Positions 53,811 to 64,000 of a DNA stretch of 64,000 nucleotides are shown here, in pieces. This stretch comes from Octopus vulgaris (taxonomy: Eukaryota). The DNA lies in the NCBI GenBank assembly GCA_951406725.2, contig OX597824.1:95852001-95916000 (forward strand), written 5' to 3'. The translations under genes and the position numbers were made by a program. The notes under the pieces are model-generated. The model was given only the letters and a program-made list of their open reading frames with translations. It ran no database searches and had not been told where the DNA came from. Positions within the stretch are counted from its first letter, which is position 1. Every line of letters begins with the position of its first letter.

Positions 53811-54255
53811 GTGTATGTGCGTGTGTTTGTGCAAGAACAGGACATAAGTACAATTCACACACACACCTCACACAGACAAAGAGGGAGAGAGAGAAAGAAA
53901 GATCAACGTGAGATGTATCTTGGAACTATAAAACCATACAAACACACACACACACACACACACATACACACATACATGCAGAGAGGCAGACAGACAGACA
54001 GACAGAAACATTCCGTTATCTACCCACCAAAGCCGCACCCTGTTTTATTTTCGTTCACCTTTTTTTTTTTTTTTATTATTCTCTCGCTTATAGCCGCACC
54101 GCACAAGACTAAACGGACGGCCAGGCCGCGTTTACCTGTTCCTCCATTGAGAAGAAGAAGAGAAAAGCAGGCGATGCGAAAACATCATAACTTTAAACAA
54201 CAACAACAACAACAGCAGCAGCACCAGCTGTAGCATTTGCAGCAGCAGCAGCAGT

Positions 54256-54286
<31 letters not shown>

Positions 54287-54287
54287 T

Positions 54288-54344
<57 letters not shown>

Positions 54345-54444
54345 CAACCTCAACCTGGGTAAAACATTACTCAGAGAAAAATGTATGTATTGTGCAGCGA
54401 TGTGGTGAAACGAAAATAAAACAAAAAAAAAGGAGAAAGAGAGG

Positions 54445-54492
<48 letters not shown>

Positions 54493-54554
54493 GAGAAGCA
54501 GAAAGGATAGAAGGGTCTCTATTGCGTAATAAGTGCTGTGACGAGACTGTGCAA

Positions 54555-54572
54555 CATCGCCCTCTAGCGGCT
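54555..54572 (-). promoter_or_regulatory. Candidate CTCF-binding site
   Basis: Minus strand gCCGCTAGAGGGCGAt closely matches the bilaterian CTCF core CC(A/G)C(C/T)AG(A/G)(G/T)GGC(A/G), in non-repeat sequence. Confidence 0.45.
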
Positions 54573-54969
54573 GTTTCATTCGAATGGAACAAAGCAGGAA
54601 AAGGTGATAACTTATCGAATTATCATTGCTGAGACGGGTTTCTTTTTCCTTTTTTCTTTGTTTTTGTTAGTTTTCTTTTTGTGTTCTTTCCTTATTTCTT
54701 TTTCTTTCTTTCTTTTCTTTTACTTTATCGATGGTGTCGTCGGTGACAGCCGGTCCTCAACCGGACAGAGACAACAATCAAATAAACGAATAAATAAAGA
54801 AAACAGATAAATATATGAAAACGGATTGTAGTACTTGATAGAGGCATGTTTGTATTTATTTGTTTAGAGAGAGAGAGAGAGAGAGAAGGTATGTATGTGT
54901 GTGTATTTGTCTTATTGAAGCTGTAAACACTTCACAGACTGTATATATACACACACACACACATGGATA

Positions 54970-55362
54970 TACTCTTTTATTTGTTTCAGTCATTTGACTG
55001 CGGCCATGCTGGAGCACCACCTTTAGTCGAGCAAATCGACCCCCAGGACTTATTCTTTGTAAGCCTAGTACTTATTCTATCGGTCACTTTTGCCGAACCG
55101 CTAAGTGACGGGGATGTAAACACACCAGCATCGGTTGTCAAGCGATGTTGTGGGGGAGAAACACAGACACACAAACATACACACACACACATATATATAT
55201 ATACGATGGGCTTCTTTCAGTTTCCATCTACTAAATCCACTCACAAGGCTTTGGTCGGCCCGAAGCTATAGCAGAAGACAATTGCCCAAGGTGCCACGCA
55301 GTGGGACTGAACCCAGAACCATGTGCTTGGTAAGCAAGCTACTTACCACACAGCCACTCCTA
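54970..55362 (-). mobile_element. SINE family A, full length
   Basis: Reverse copy of 15962-16358. Confidence 0.93.
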
Positions 55363-55479
55363 TACATACAAACATAAATACATACACGCATGCATGCATA
55401 CATACAAACATACATACATACATACATACATACATACATACATACATACATACATACATGCATACATGCATACATGCAT

Positions 55480-55522
<43 letters not shown>

Positions 55523-56229
55523 TAAAAACTCACACACACACACACACAAATAAAAACTCACAGAGAGGGTTGCCCAAATAAAAGAAAGTAGCTCTCAACA
55601 ACTCAATACCTGTGGAATTTAGATATAACATTCCATTTGTGTTGATTCCATTTGTGACCATTCAGTGGAGTGTGATGTTTTTTCTGTCTTTTTTATTCAA
55701 GGTTTTCCCTTTTTGCAGACGTGGCTGTTATTTCTTGCATGTTGAGCGCTCCAGGCAATAAGGCCTGACCGTTTCCTCAATGGCATATCGATGGAGAATA
55801 CTTGTTTCTTGAGATAATCCTCCCACTTCTCATTTAGAATGGGTTTCATGAGTCATTTGGTTTATCATGACACATCCTCATGAAGCGCACATAATATTTA
55901 ATAAATCAATAGATTTATGTTGTATAGTATTTGATATACCTGTATTTATGCATATGTCTGTTTCGGCTGCTCTCTACGACATATTTTACCTTTAGGGGTC
56001 CATATAACATTTTGTTGCTAAAGTTTATGTGCAATAAACTGGTTACACTTAGACGACAATGTTATTGTATAGTGAAACAGTAGACCCCATCTGGTAAAAA
56101 GTGGTAGTAACCAGCCATTATAAATAGACAAATGCACAGAGAGAAAGTCGAGAGTATGTGTTAGACTATGTTGATAGTCGTGTCTGTGCTGATATAGTAA
56201 TCACACTAAGCGGGCGTTATAACACTCCA

Positions 56230-56613
56230 ACCTTTTGAGCATAACAATACTGTTAGACTGGAGGTCACACTGCCAGATAGAACCATTTCTATCGACGACT
56301 TCGGACTATAACAATATCTGTCAGAGCGACAAACTGTCGTCAAAAGACAGATACAGCAGTTCCAAAATTGTACTTCAGCATATCGACAAAGATGATACCA
56401 AACAGGGGTGGGAGAGTGAGCACACAGTTCTGTTCCATTCCACTGTGAGTACTAAAGACTTTCGAGAAAGACCCGTCAAACTAAATGATGCGATCCATAT
56501 CTGTGTGGAATGACTGGAAAATCATGAGTAACTTCGAAAGGCACCCATTTCAACATGCCATTTCAATACACAATGTCGAACGCTTTCGTGAGGTCAACAA
56601 AAATGATGTAGAG
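56230..56613 (-). mobile_element. RTE (BovB-like) LINE reverse-transcriptase fragment, decayed
   Basis: Minus strand LYIIFVDLTKAFDIV, GCLSKLLMIFQSFHTDM..FDGSFS..SGMEQNCVL..PLFGIIF. Confidence 0.88.
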
Positions 56614-56644
56614 TAGTATATAAGTGTGCGTATGTAGATATATA

Positions 56645-56836
56645 TTGAGTTGGTGCATAAATTCAACAAAAACAATAACAGCATGTAACAAAAACATCTT
56701 TAAATTATTATTCCGGAGCATATTCACCATCTACCTCAATTACCGTCATTTTAAGATATTTTTGTTAAATATTGTTATTGTTTTTGTTGAATAAAGTATG
56801 TTGAAAAAACGCCGTAATAGTTATGCACCAACCCTA
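56645..56836. mobile_element. Mariner-type MITE
   Basis: TIRs ttgagttggtgcataa / ttatgcaccaacccta (Hsmar1/MADE1-like); internally palindromic. Confidence 0.75.
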
Positions 56837-57120
56837 CCGTCATTTAACATACTTTTTCAACATACTTTATTCAACAAAAACAATAACAATATTTAACAAA
56901 AATATTTTTAAATGACGGTAATTGAGGTAGATGGTGAATATGCTCCGGAATAATAATTTAAAGATGCACAGAATTAAGTAAACAAGCTGAAAAATGGAAG
57001 AGAAGCAGACGATTGAGTAGACATGATTAGTAACTTGCTTACCAACCACATGGTTCCGGGTTCTAGCCTCGGGCCGACCAAAGCCTTGTGAGTTGATTTG
57101 GTGGGCGGAAACTGAAAGAA

Positions 57121-57171
<51 letters not shown>

Positions 57172-58112
57172 TAGATATTTGAATGCGAATTGTCTGAAGT
57201 CCAGAAACGAAAAACTCCGAGTAACGACTCCTTTACTCTGCTTTGAGTAATTAACCATTTCCACGCCAAACCCACGCCAACTAATCATGTCTACTCGATC
57301 GTCTGCTTCTCTTCCATTTTTCAGCTTGTTTACTTATTTCTGTGCATCTCCTCGCCTCACACAAACTCCATTCATTTTGCCTCGCTTAATATCATCATCC
57401 CACTGACTCACACACGTTATCTCCTCCTCCTCCTCCTCCTCTTCCTCCTTCATCTTCTTTCTCATGCACGTCCTCCTACTCCTGCTCCTCCTGCTGCTAC
57501 CACTGCTTTCACACCTATCTCCTACTCATTATTCATGCTCTATCTCATCTCATCTCTCTCTATATATCTTTCTCTCTCTTTTCTTCTCTTTTTCTGTATC
57601 ACTTTTTTTTTTATCTCTCGCGCTCTCTTTCACACTCACATACTCAGCTCAAAGTGACGTCGTTCCATACAATTTCCATAGCAACCAAATGTAGGCCAAT
57701 TCTTATCGATACAACAGAATTTACTGGAGAATAATGGGTAAAAGAAGAAGAGGGGGAAAAGGGGAGAGTAAGAGGCAAATACGGAGAGGAAGAACAGTAG
57801 GAGGGAAGGAGGAGGACAGAGGAGGAGAGAGGTGGAAGAGAGGAGGAGGAGAAAGGAAATAAGAGCGAATACAAAAGATTACTTGTTTTAATAAGAGGGG
57901 GAAGGCGAAGCAGAAGGACGGCGGTGGTGGGGAGGAGGAGGAGTATTGTTGTTTTTGTTGTTGTTGGCGGTGGTGGTTTTGTGTCGTCGTTGTTGTTGTT
58001 GTTGTTATTATTGTTATTGTTACCGTTGTTTGTGTTTAATGAGAAGCATTTCAGAAGTTGTGTTATTAAGTAATAGTCCTGTCTGGGTGTCAGATTTACA
58101 GATTGGCCTTTC

Positions 58113-58147
<35 letters not shown>

Positions 58148-58149
58148 TC

Positions 58150-58545
58150 TTTTACTCTTTTACTTGTTTCAGTCATTTGACTGTGGCCATGCTGGAGCAC
58201 CGCCTTTAGTCGAGCAAATCGACCCCGGGACTTATTCTTTGTAAGCCCAGTACTTATTCTATCGGTCTCTTTTGCCGAACCGCTAAGTGACGGGGACGTA
58301 AACACACCAGCATCGGTTGTCAAGCAATGCTAGGGGGACAAACACAGACACAAACACACACATACATATATATATATATACATATATACGACAGGCTTCT
58401 TTCAGTTTCCGTCTACCAAATCCACTCACAAGGCATTGGTCGGCTCGGGGCTATAGCAGAAGACACTTGCCCAAGATGCCACGCAGTGGGACTGAACCCG
58501 GAACCATGTGGTTGGTAAGCATGCTACTTACCACACAGCCATGCC
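58150..58545 (-). mobile_element. SINE family A, full length
   Basis: Reverse copy of 15962-16358; preceded by (TA)n. Confidence 0.93.
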
Positions 58546-59159
58546 TCGATGTTATATTTTTAGACCTGTTGGATGAAGTTTTGCATAAACTAAACAAACG
58601 ACTAGCAACACTTTCTTTATATCCTTCCATGGGATGACAGACAGACAGGCAGGCACACAGACAGGCACACAGACAAGCAGGCAGGCAGACAAGCAGGCAG
58701 GCAGGCAGACAGACAAGCAAGGATGAAGGTAGAGTTCGGCCACTTGTATATTTAACGAGGTTACTTTTACAGCTGCTGCTGCTGCTGCTACTACTACTGC
58801 TGCTGCTGCTACTGCACATCGGCAGCCTCGCCGGTAGCAGAGTGGGTGCCTACCTTCTGAGTACTGACCCCACCTAGGCAAACTTTGCCTTTTCACTCCT
58901 TCGGGGGCGACAAATGAAGTACCAGCCTAGAGCTGGGATCGATCTTTTTTCTCTTAAAATCGCTTCAATGAACGGGGCCAAGAAAAGGAATGCTTGCATT
59001 GTGGCGCCCATCAGTCTTTTAACCGTTATTCTGCGAGACACTACTGGGAAGGAAAAAGCTGCTGCAGATACTAAACCGTAACATACTTCGAGCCAACGAA
59101 AGGAACCTTTAGAAGGCTGCTTGACCTATTAGCAATAGTAACTAAATATCCCTCAAATT

Positions 59160-59385
59160 AGAGCGTCGAGCCCACAATCATGAGGTTGTGAGTTTAATTC
59201 CTGGACTGGGCTCTAAGTTGTGTTCTTGAGCAAGTTATTTTATTTCACGTTGCTCCAGTTCACTCAGTTGTAGAAATGAGTTGCGACGTCACTGGTTCCA
59301 AGCTGTATCGGCCCCTTTGCCTTTCCCTTCGGTAACATCAAGGCATAGAGACGGGAGGCTGATATGCATGGTTGACTGCTGGTGT
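59160..59385 (+). mobile_element. SINE family C2 fragment
   Basis: Collinear with 45545-45770. Confidence 0.85.
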
Positions 59386-59585
59386 CGGGCCTGTCCTGAG
59401 CTTCGATGTCCTAGGCTTTGGGATCGATTCCAGGCAGTTTTAGGCTTTGCTTCATCTGATCCTTGTATCGACGGAGGGGACGACCATGGAGTCTTCTGCC
59501 AGTGGAAAGTTCACCATATAAAATTTGACCAAATAATATATTACCAACTATATTAAAGGTCAATACTGTGTTTGCAGTGGATTGT

Positions 59586-59651
59586 TAATGGGTTGGAATT
59601 GGCACTGAAGAAGGAGCAATAACTCCCGAAATATGCATATACACCCATTCC
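59586..59651 (+). ncRNA. Type I hammerhead-like motif (Penelope-type)
   Basis: CUGAAGA 59605-59611, aGGAG-caataa-CTCCc, GAAA 59628-59631, palindromic atatgcatat then A; distal stem I aatgggt.g / cacccatt. Confidence 0.55.
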
Positions 59652-59832
59652 TTATTTTTCTACCTTTGAATGCATTCTTTACATGCATTCTTTACATTCG
59701 TGTACAAAATGTCGTAACTTTCAGTTCTGGCTCTAAATTCTATTTAAAAAGATCTGTAGCGATGCATTTAAAAACATGAATACTGAAATAACTGGTTTCC
59801 TAACAATGAATATATATTAAGTATGGTACGTA

Positions 59833-60268
59833 AGGCGGCGAGCTGGCAGAAACGCTAGCACGCCGGGCGAAATGCTTACCGGTATTTCGTCTGCCGCTAC
59901 GTTCTGAGTTCAAATTCCGCCAAGGTCAACTTTGCCTTTCATCCTTTCGGGGTCGATGAATTAGGTACCAGTTACACACTGGGGTCGATATTCTCGACTT
60001 AATCCGTCTGTCTGTCCTTGTTTGTCCCCTCTGTGTTTAGCCCCTTGTGGGCAATAAAGAAATAAGAAACATTAGTACGCCAGGAAAATGCTAACCGACA
60101 TTTCGAGCGTCTTTCATTCTGAGATCAAATGCTGCTGATGTCTCTTTCGCCTTTCATCCTTCCGGGATCGATAAAGTAAATTTCCAGTAAAGTACTGGGG
60201 TCGAAGCAAGCAACTCAAACCCTCCCCCCACAAAATTTCAGGCCGTGTGCTTATATTAGAAAAGATAA
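59833..60268 (+). mobile_element. SINE family B young long-tail copy (59833-60065) fused to an old diverged copy (60066-60268)
   Basis: A-box-like tggcagaaacg, B-box gagttcaaattcc, core gcctttcatcctttcggggtcgatgaattaggtaccag (resembles the Meta/Nin-type conserved SINE domain). Confidence 0.92.
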
Positions 60269-61150
60269 AGTACGATACATAGATGGCTGCCAAATAACTG
60301 AGAAACCAGATAAATGGTTTTGATTCCTGTAAAAAGATAACAACGGCGGTAAATACCACTCTTATCACATCCGAGCGAGGACGGGCCAAGCTATTTGTAC
60401 TGTCTACTTTGTGACCTAGTGTTTCTGAGTTCAGCTTTGAGATCAATTTCGATCTCAGCCGAAAACAGCCTTTGACTTACATTCTTGTTTAGTCAACAAA
60501 TAAGTTACCAGTAAAATAAACACGACGCTATCAAAGTCAGATGAACTCTGTATAAAAGCATTGGTTTGGATGATTATATCAGCAGGCTATATATAAGAAT
60601 AGCAACGAAAAGTGTGTCATGATAATAATTTACGGGATGCACGCAGAACAGCGAAAATCTATTCATTTTTAATACTCCGGCGATTCGCATATGTTATAAA
60701 CACACATCGTCTGAAGGGAAGAAGCGTTCTCCGATGAAAAAAATAATAAAACAGCAACGATTAGATGTTCACATTCGAATTTGACGGAATGTATTGAGAA
60801 TAAATAGATACGCTATTGTTTCGATTCTCTTTATTTTTACGTGACCCTCATAAATTATTGTGTGTTTGACAGACATCAGCACACAACAGCAAATAGTTTG
60901 TTCGCTGATTCCTACAAAAGACAGTTTATGGCTCTTGTGAGATCCATCGATCAGATGGGGGTGGCTTTACTTGAGAAGACAGACAATAAGGTCGAAACGC
61001 CGCGGTGTCTCAAAGTCACCTCACATTGATGAATTAATCACTTGTGCTATGAATACATATCGTCTAAAGTGAAGTGGTGTTCTCTGATGACGAAAAGTCA
61101 ACAACAATCAGGTATTCACGTTCGAAGCTGTCTGAGCGTATTGAGAGGAA

Positions 61151-61280
61151 TACCAAATCCACTCACAAGGCTTTGGTCGGCTTAAGTAGACCGCTTGTCC
61201 AAGGTGCAAAGCAGTGGGACTGAACCCGGAACCATGTGGTTGGGAAGCAAGCTTCTTACCACACAGCCACTCCTGCGCCT
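61151..61280 (-). mobile_element. SINE family A 5' fragment
   Basis: taccaaatccactcacaagg..cacacagccactcctgcgcc. Confidence 0.88.
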
Positions 61281-61565
61281 TTCATTTACTAACCATTTTA
61301 ATGCACACATACGTAATTTCAAACTATAGTAATCTTGATCCGAGTTCTAGTTTGACACGAGCGACATTTTTAACGTAGCACCGCTCAACTATAACCGAAT
61401 GCTATAAGCATTGATAACACCTATTCAGTTTTTCAAAGACTGTTGTTATTGTTGATGTTGTTATTGTTATTGCGACTAATAAGCAGTTTAACATAATATT
61501 TACATTTAAATTATTCTAAAGGCAATATTTAAATAGAAACCGAAGACTAAGGAAATATCTGCAAA

Positions 61566-61798
61566 TCCTTTTGTCCACAGCACCTATATAAAATTCACAC
61601 CACATCTTTTGTCCTCAGAACTCCTATAAATTTTTCAGTGACCCTCCCTATCGCCTTTGTTCCCTATATCCATTTAAATTCCACCTCCCCGCCTCCTTTG
61701 TCCCATATACCCATATAAAATTTCCCCCGTCCCCTTTCTCCTTAGTACCCACATAAAACATCCACCAGACCCACTGTCTTCAGTACCCATGCAAAATT
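61566..61798. repeat. Degenerate minisatellite, unit about 38-45 bp, about 6 copies
   Basis: Recurring ctttgtcc..tacccatataaaattc pattern. Confidence 0.75.
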
Positions 61799-62234
61799 AC
61801 AATAGCCAGCTCACCAGATGCAAGAATATTTTTATCATCTTGAAGTTCATTACAAAAAGACATTGGATTACTCTGAAAATGTATGAGAAAAAATATTGGC
61901 TGACTCACCTGCAATTTTCAATAAGGTAGGTTAATGGCATCTCATTTGAATTCGTTTTAAATTCTGCTGTAGTCCACAAGATCGCGGTTTGTATTATATA
62001 ACATCGTTTAAATGGCTTGGATTATTATTTGAGCCCGTCCTGGGCCGAAAGAAACTTCATGATAAAAGTTATTTTCCTATTCAAGGAAGGCAAAGCCTAG
62101 CTGAAAAGTCCCAAATCACGAAGGAAGCTGAGAAATCTAAACCGGAAATGAGGGGCTTAGTTCTATGGCGGTCACCAGAAAGGTGCTTCCGGGAAAGATT
62201 CCTGCACCTTGCGAAGGTGTTGTCCTTGATAATG

Positions 62235-62628
62235 GTGGAGGCGCAATGGCCCAGTGGTTAGGGCAGCGGACTCGCGGTCATAGGATCGCGGTTTCGATTC
62301 CCAGACCGGGCGTTGTGAGTGTTTATTGAGCGAAAACACCTAAAACACCTAAAGCTCCACGAGGCTCCGGCAGGGGATGGTGGTGATCCCTGCTGTACTC
62401 TTTCACCACAACTTTCTCTCACTCTTACTTCCTGTTTCTGTTCTACCTGTATTTCAAGGGGCCGGCCTTGTCACTCTCTGTGTCACGCTGAATATCCCCG
62501 AGAACTACGTTAAGGGTACACGTGTCTGTGGAGTGCTCAGCCACTTACACGTTAATTTCACGAGCAGGCTGTTCCGTTGATTCGGATCAACCGGAACCCT
62601 CATCGTCGTAACTGACGGAGTGCTTCCA
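62235..62628 (+). mobile_element. tRNA-derived SINE family C, full length, young
   Basis: A-box TGGCCCAGTGG, B-box GGTTTCGATTCCC; perfect 12-bp TSD tccttgataatg at 62223-62234 and 62629-62640. Confidence 0.93.
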
Positions 62629-62943
62629 TCCTTGATAATGATAAACTTATGCTGAGTTGCCGTTCCATTTACTTCCCAGTAACACTAGAATCGATCTCTA
62701 CAATCCGTAAATCGGCTCCAAATCAATCAGGAGGCCCACCCGTGCCAATGAAAACCTCTGTACAAGTGGCCTATCGGCGTAACGCCGTCGGAGGTTTTCG
62801 CCTTTATTTATCATGTCGTCGGAAAGATCCCATGCAGACACTTCATGTCCGTGTGTGAATCTTTAGACGAGGAAGTAAATAATCGACTGTATCCAACAAA
62901 TATAAACAAGTATACTTCGTATATTAAATTGCTCATTAAACTC

Positions 62944-63262
62944 TGTGTGTGTGTGTGTGTTTGGGGAGAGATATATTAGGTTGTATGTATGTGTGTATTT
63001 ATGTATGTATGTGTGTATGTATGTGTGTTTGTGTGTATGTATGCATATATGTGTATGTATGTGTGTATGTATGCATATGTGTATGTATGTATGTGTATAT
63101 ATATGTGTGTATGTATGTATACATGTATGTGTGTATGTATTTATGTATGTGTCTGTATATATGTATGTGTATGCATGTGTGTATGTGTGTGCATTCATAC
63201 GTACCTGCGTGCATGCATGCATGTGTGTACACGCGTGCGTGTATGCGTGTATGTGTATGCGT
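62944..63262. repeat. (TG)/(TATG) compound microsatellite
   Basis: Direct. Confidence 0.95.
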
Positions 63263-64000
63263 TTCCTCTCTGCTCACCCTTTGTCTATGAGTATTGGTTT
63301 GTTTATGTCCTTGTATCTCAACAGTAAAAGGGACGAAAATAATGAATACCAGACTTTAAAAGATAAACAAGTAGTGGAGGGGGGCAACTTGTTGGGACGG
63401 TAGCGTGTCACCCATGGCTGCAATCCAATGACTGGAACAAGTAAAAGATAAAAGAACCAACAACTTAACACGAAGGTCCATTTTCGACAAGCTGAACGCG
63501 ATTCCGACTCGAAACCGTTGTAATTCTACCACAAATGTCTTTGAGGAAAGATGGAAACTTCCTAATACCAAAGTTCTACAGTCATTTAGGCTTCTACCAA
63601 AATTCTGAATTCAGATTTTAGATAAGAGACAAAGCAATATAAATATAACCGAGATATTGTAATGCCACGGCCGGGACTGTATTATTTGCATCAAGTGCCA
63701 AAGGAGATATCAGTTGATATCATTTTTTTTAGATTTTCTTTTCTTTACTTTTATCTCTTAGTCACGTCTGGCACGGAATGAATCGTAGATAAAAAGGAAT
63801 TTGTTGTTCCAACTTGATCTGATGTTATCAAAATATACTCTCTACCCCTTTTCTTTTATTTTCACATTTGACCTTTTACTTGTTTCATTCATTAGACTAC
63901 GACCATGCTGAGGCAACGCCTTGAAGGGTTTTAGTTGAAGAAATCGTCCCCAGTTCTTATATTTTTAAGTAGAAAAAGAAAGATGAAATAGTTCCTTCTC

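Noticed and set aside
62235-62310. Possible tRNA gene (also at 45522 and 15962)
   Set aside because: A and B boxes are present but continue into multi-copy SINE bodies; the 62235 copy has a TSD and no proper acceptor stem or poly-T terminator.

Overview
AT-rich eukaryotic (animal) genomic DNA, almost entirely repeat-derived. The SINE repertoire and extreme (TA)n/(TACA)n/(GA)n/(AGT)n microsatellite load strongly resemble an Octopus (coleoid cephalopod) genome; this is recognition, not a database result. No intact protein-coding gene is evident, and nearly all listed ORFs are microsatellite or SINE artefacts. Supported content: (1) about 45 copies or fragments of at least three tRNA-headed SINE families; (2) a decayed Mag/K02A2.6-type Gypsy gag-pol (19222-21835, minus); (3) two R4/Dong-type RLE LINE 3' ends with (AAT)n tails and two RTE LINE fragments; (4) pogo/Tigger and mariner transposase remnants and several hAT and Tc1/mariner MITEs with visible TIRs/TSDs; (5) a Helitron/Lep1-like end; (6) a diverged 28S rRNA D1 fragment (37971-38244, minus); (7) about 10 short Penelope-like fragments with hammerhead-ribozyme-like cores, several beside (TA)n tracts and some with fold-back inversions. 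The most interesting patterns are the ribozyme-bearing inserts in SINE-borne microsatellites, recurrent site-specific insertion of a young SINE into old copies of its own family, the divergent LSU rRNA fragment and a double templated inversion at 56.7-57.35 kb. A few candidate minus-strand exons are noted at low confidence. Coordinates were read by eye and may be off by a few bases.
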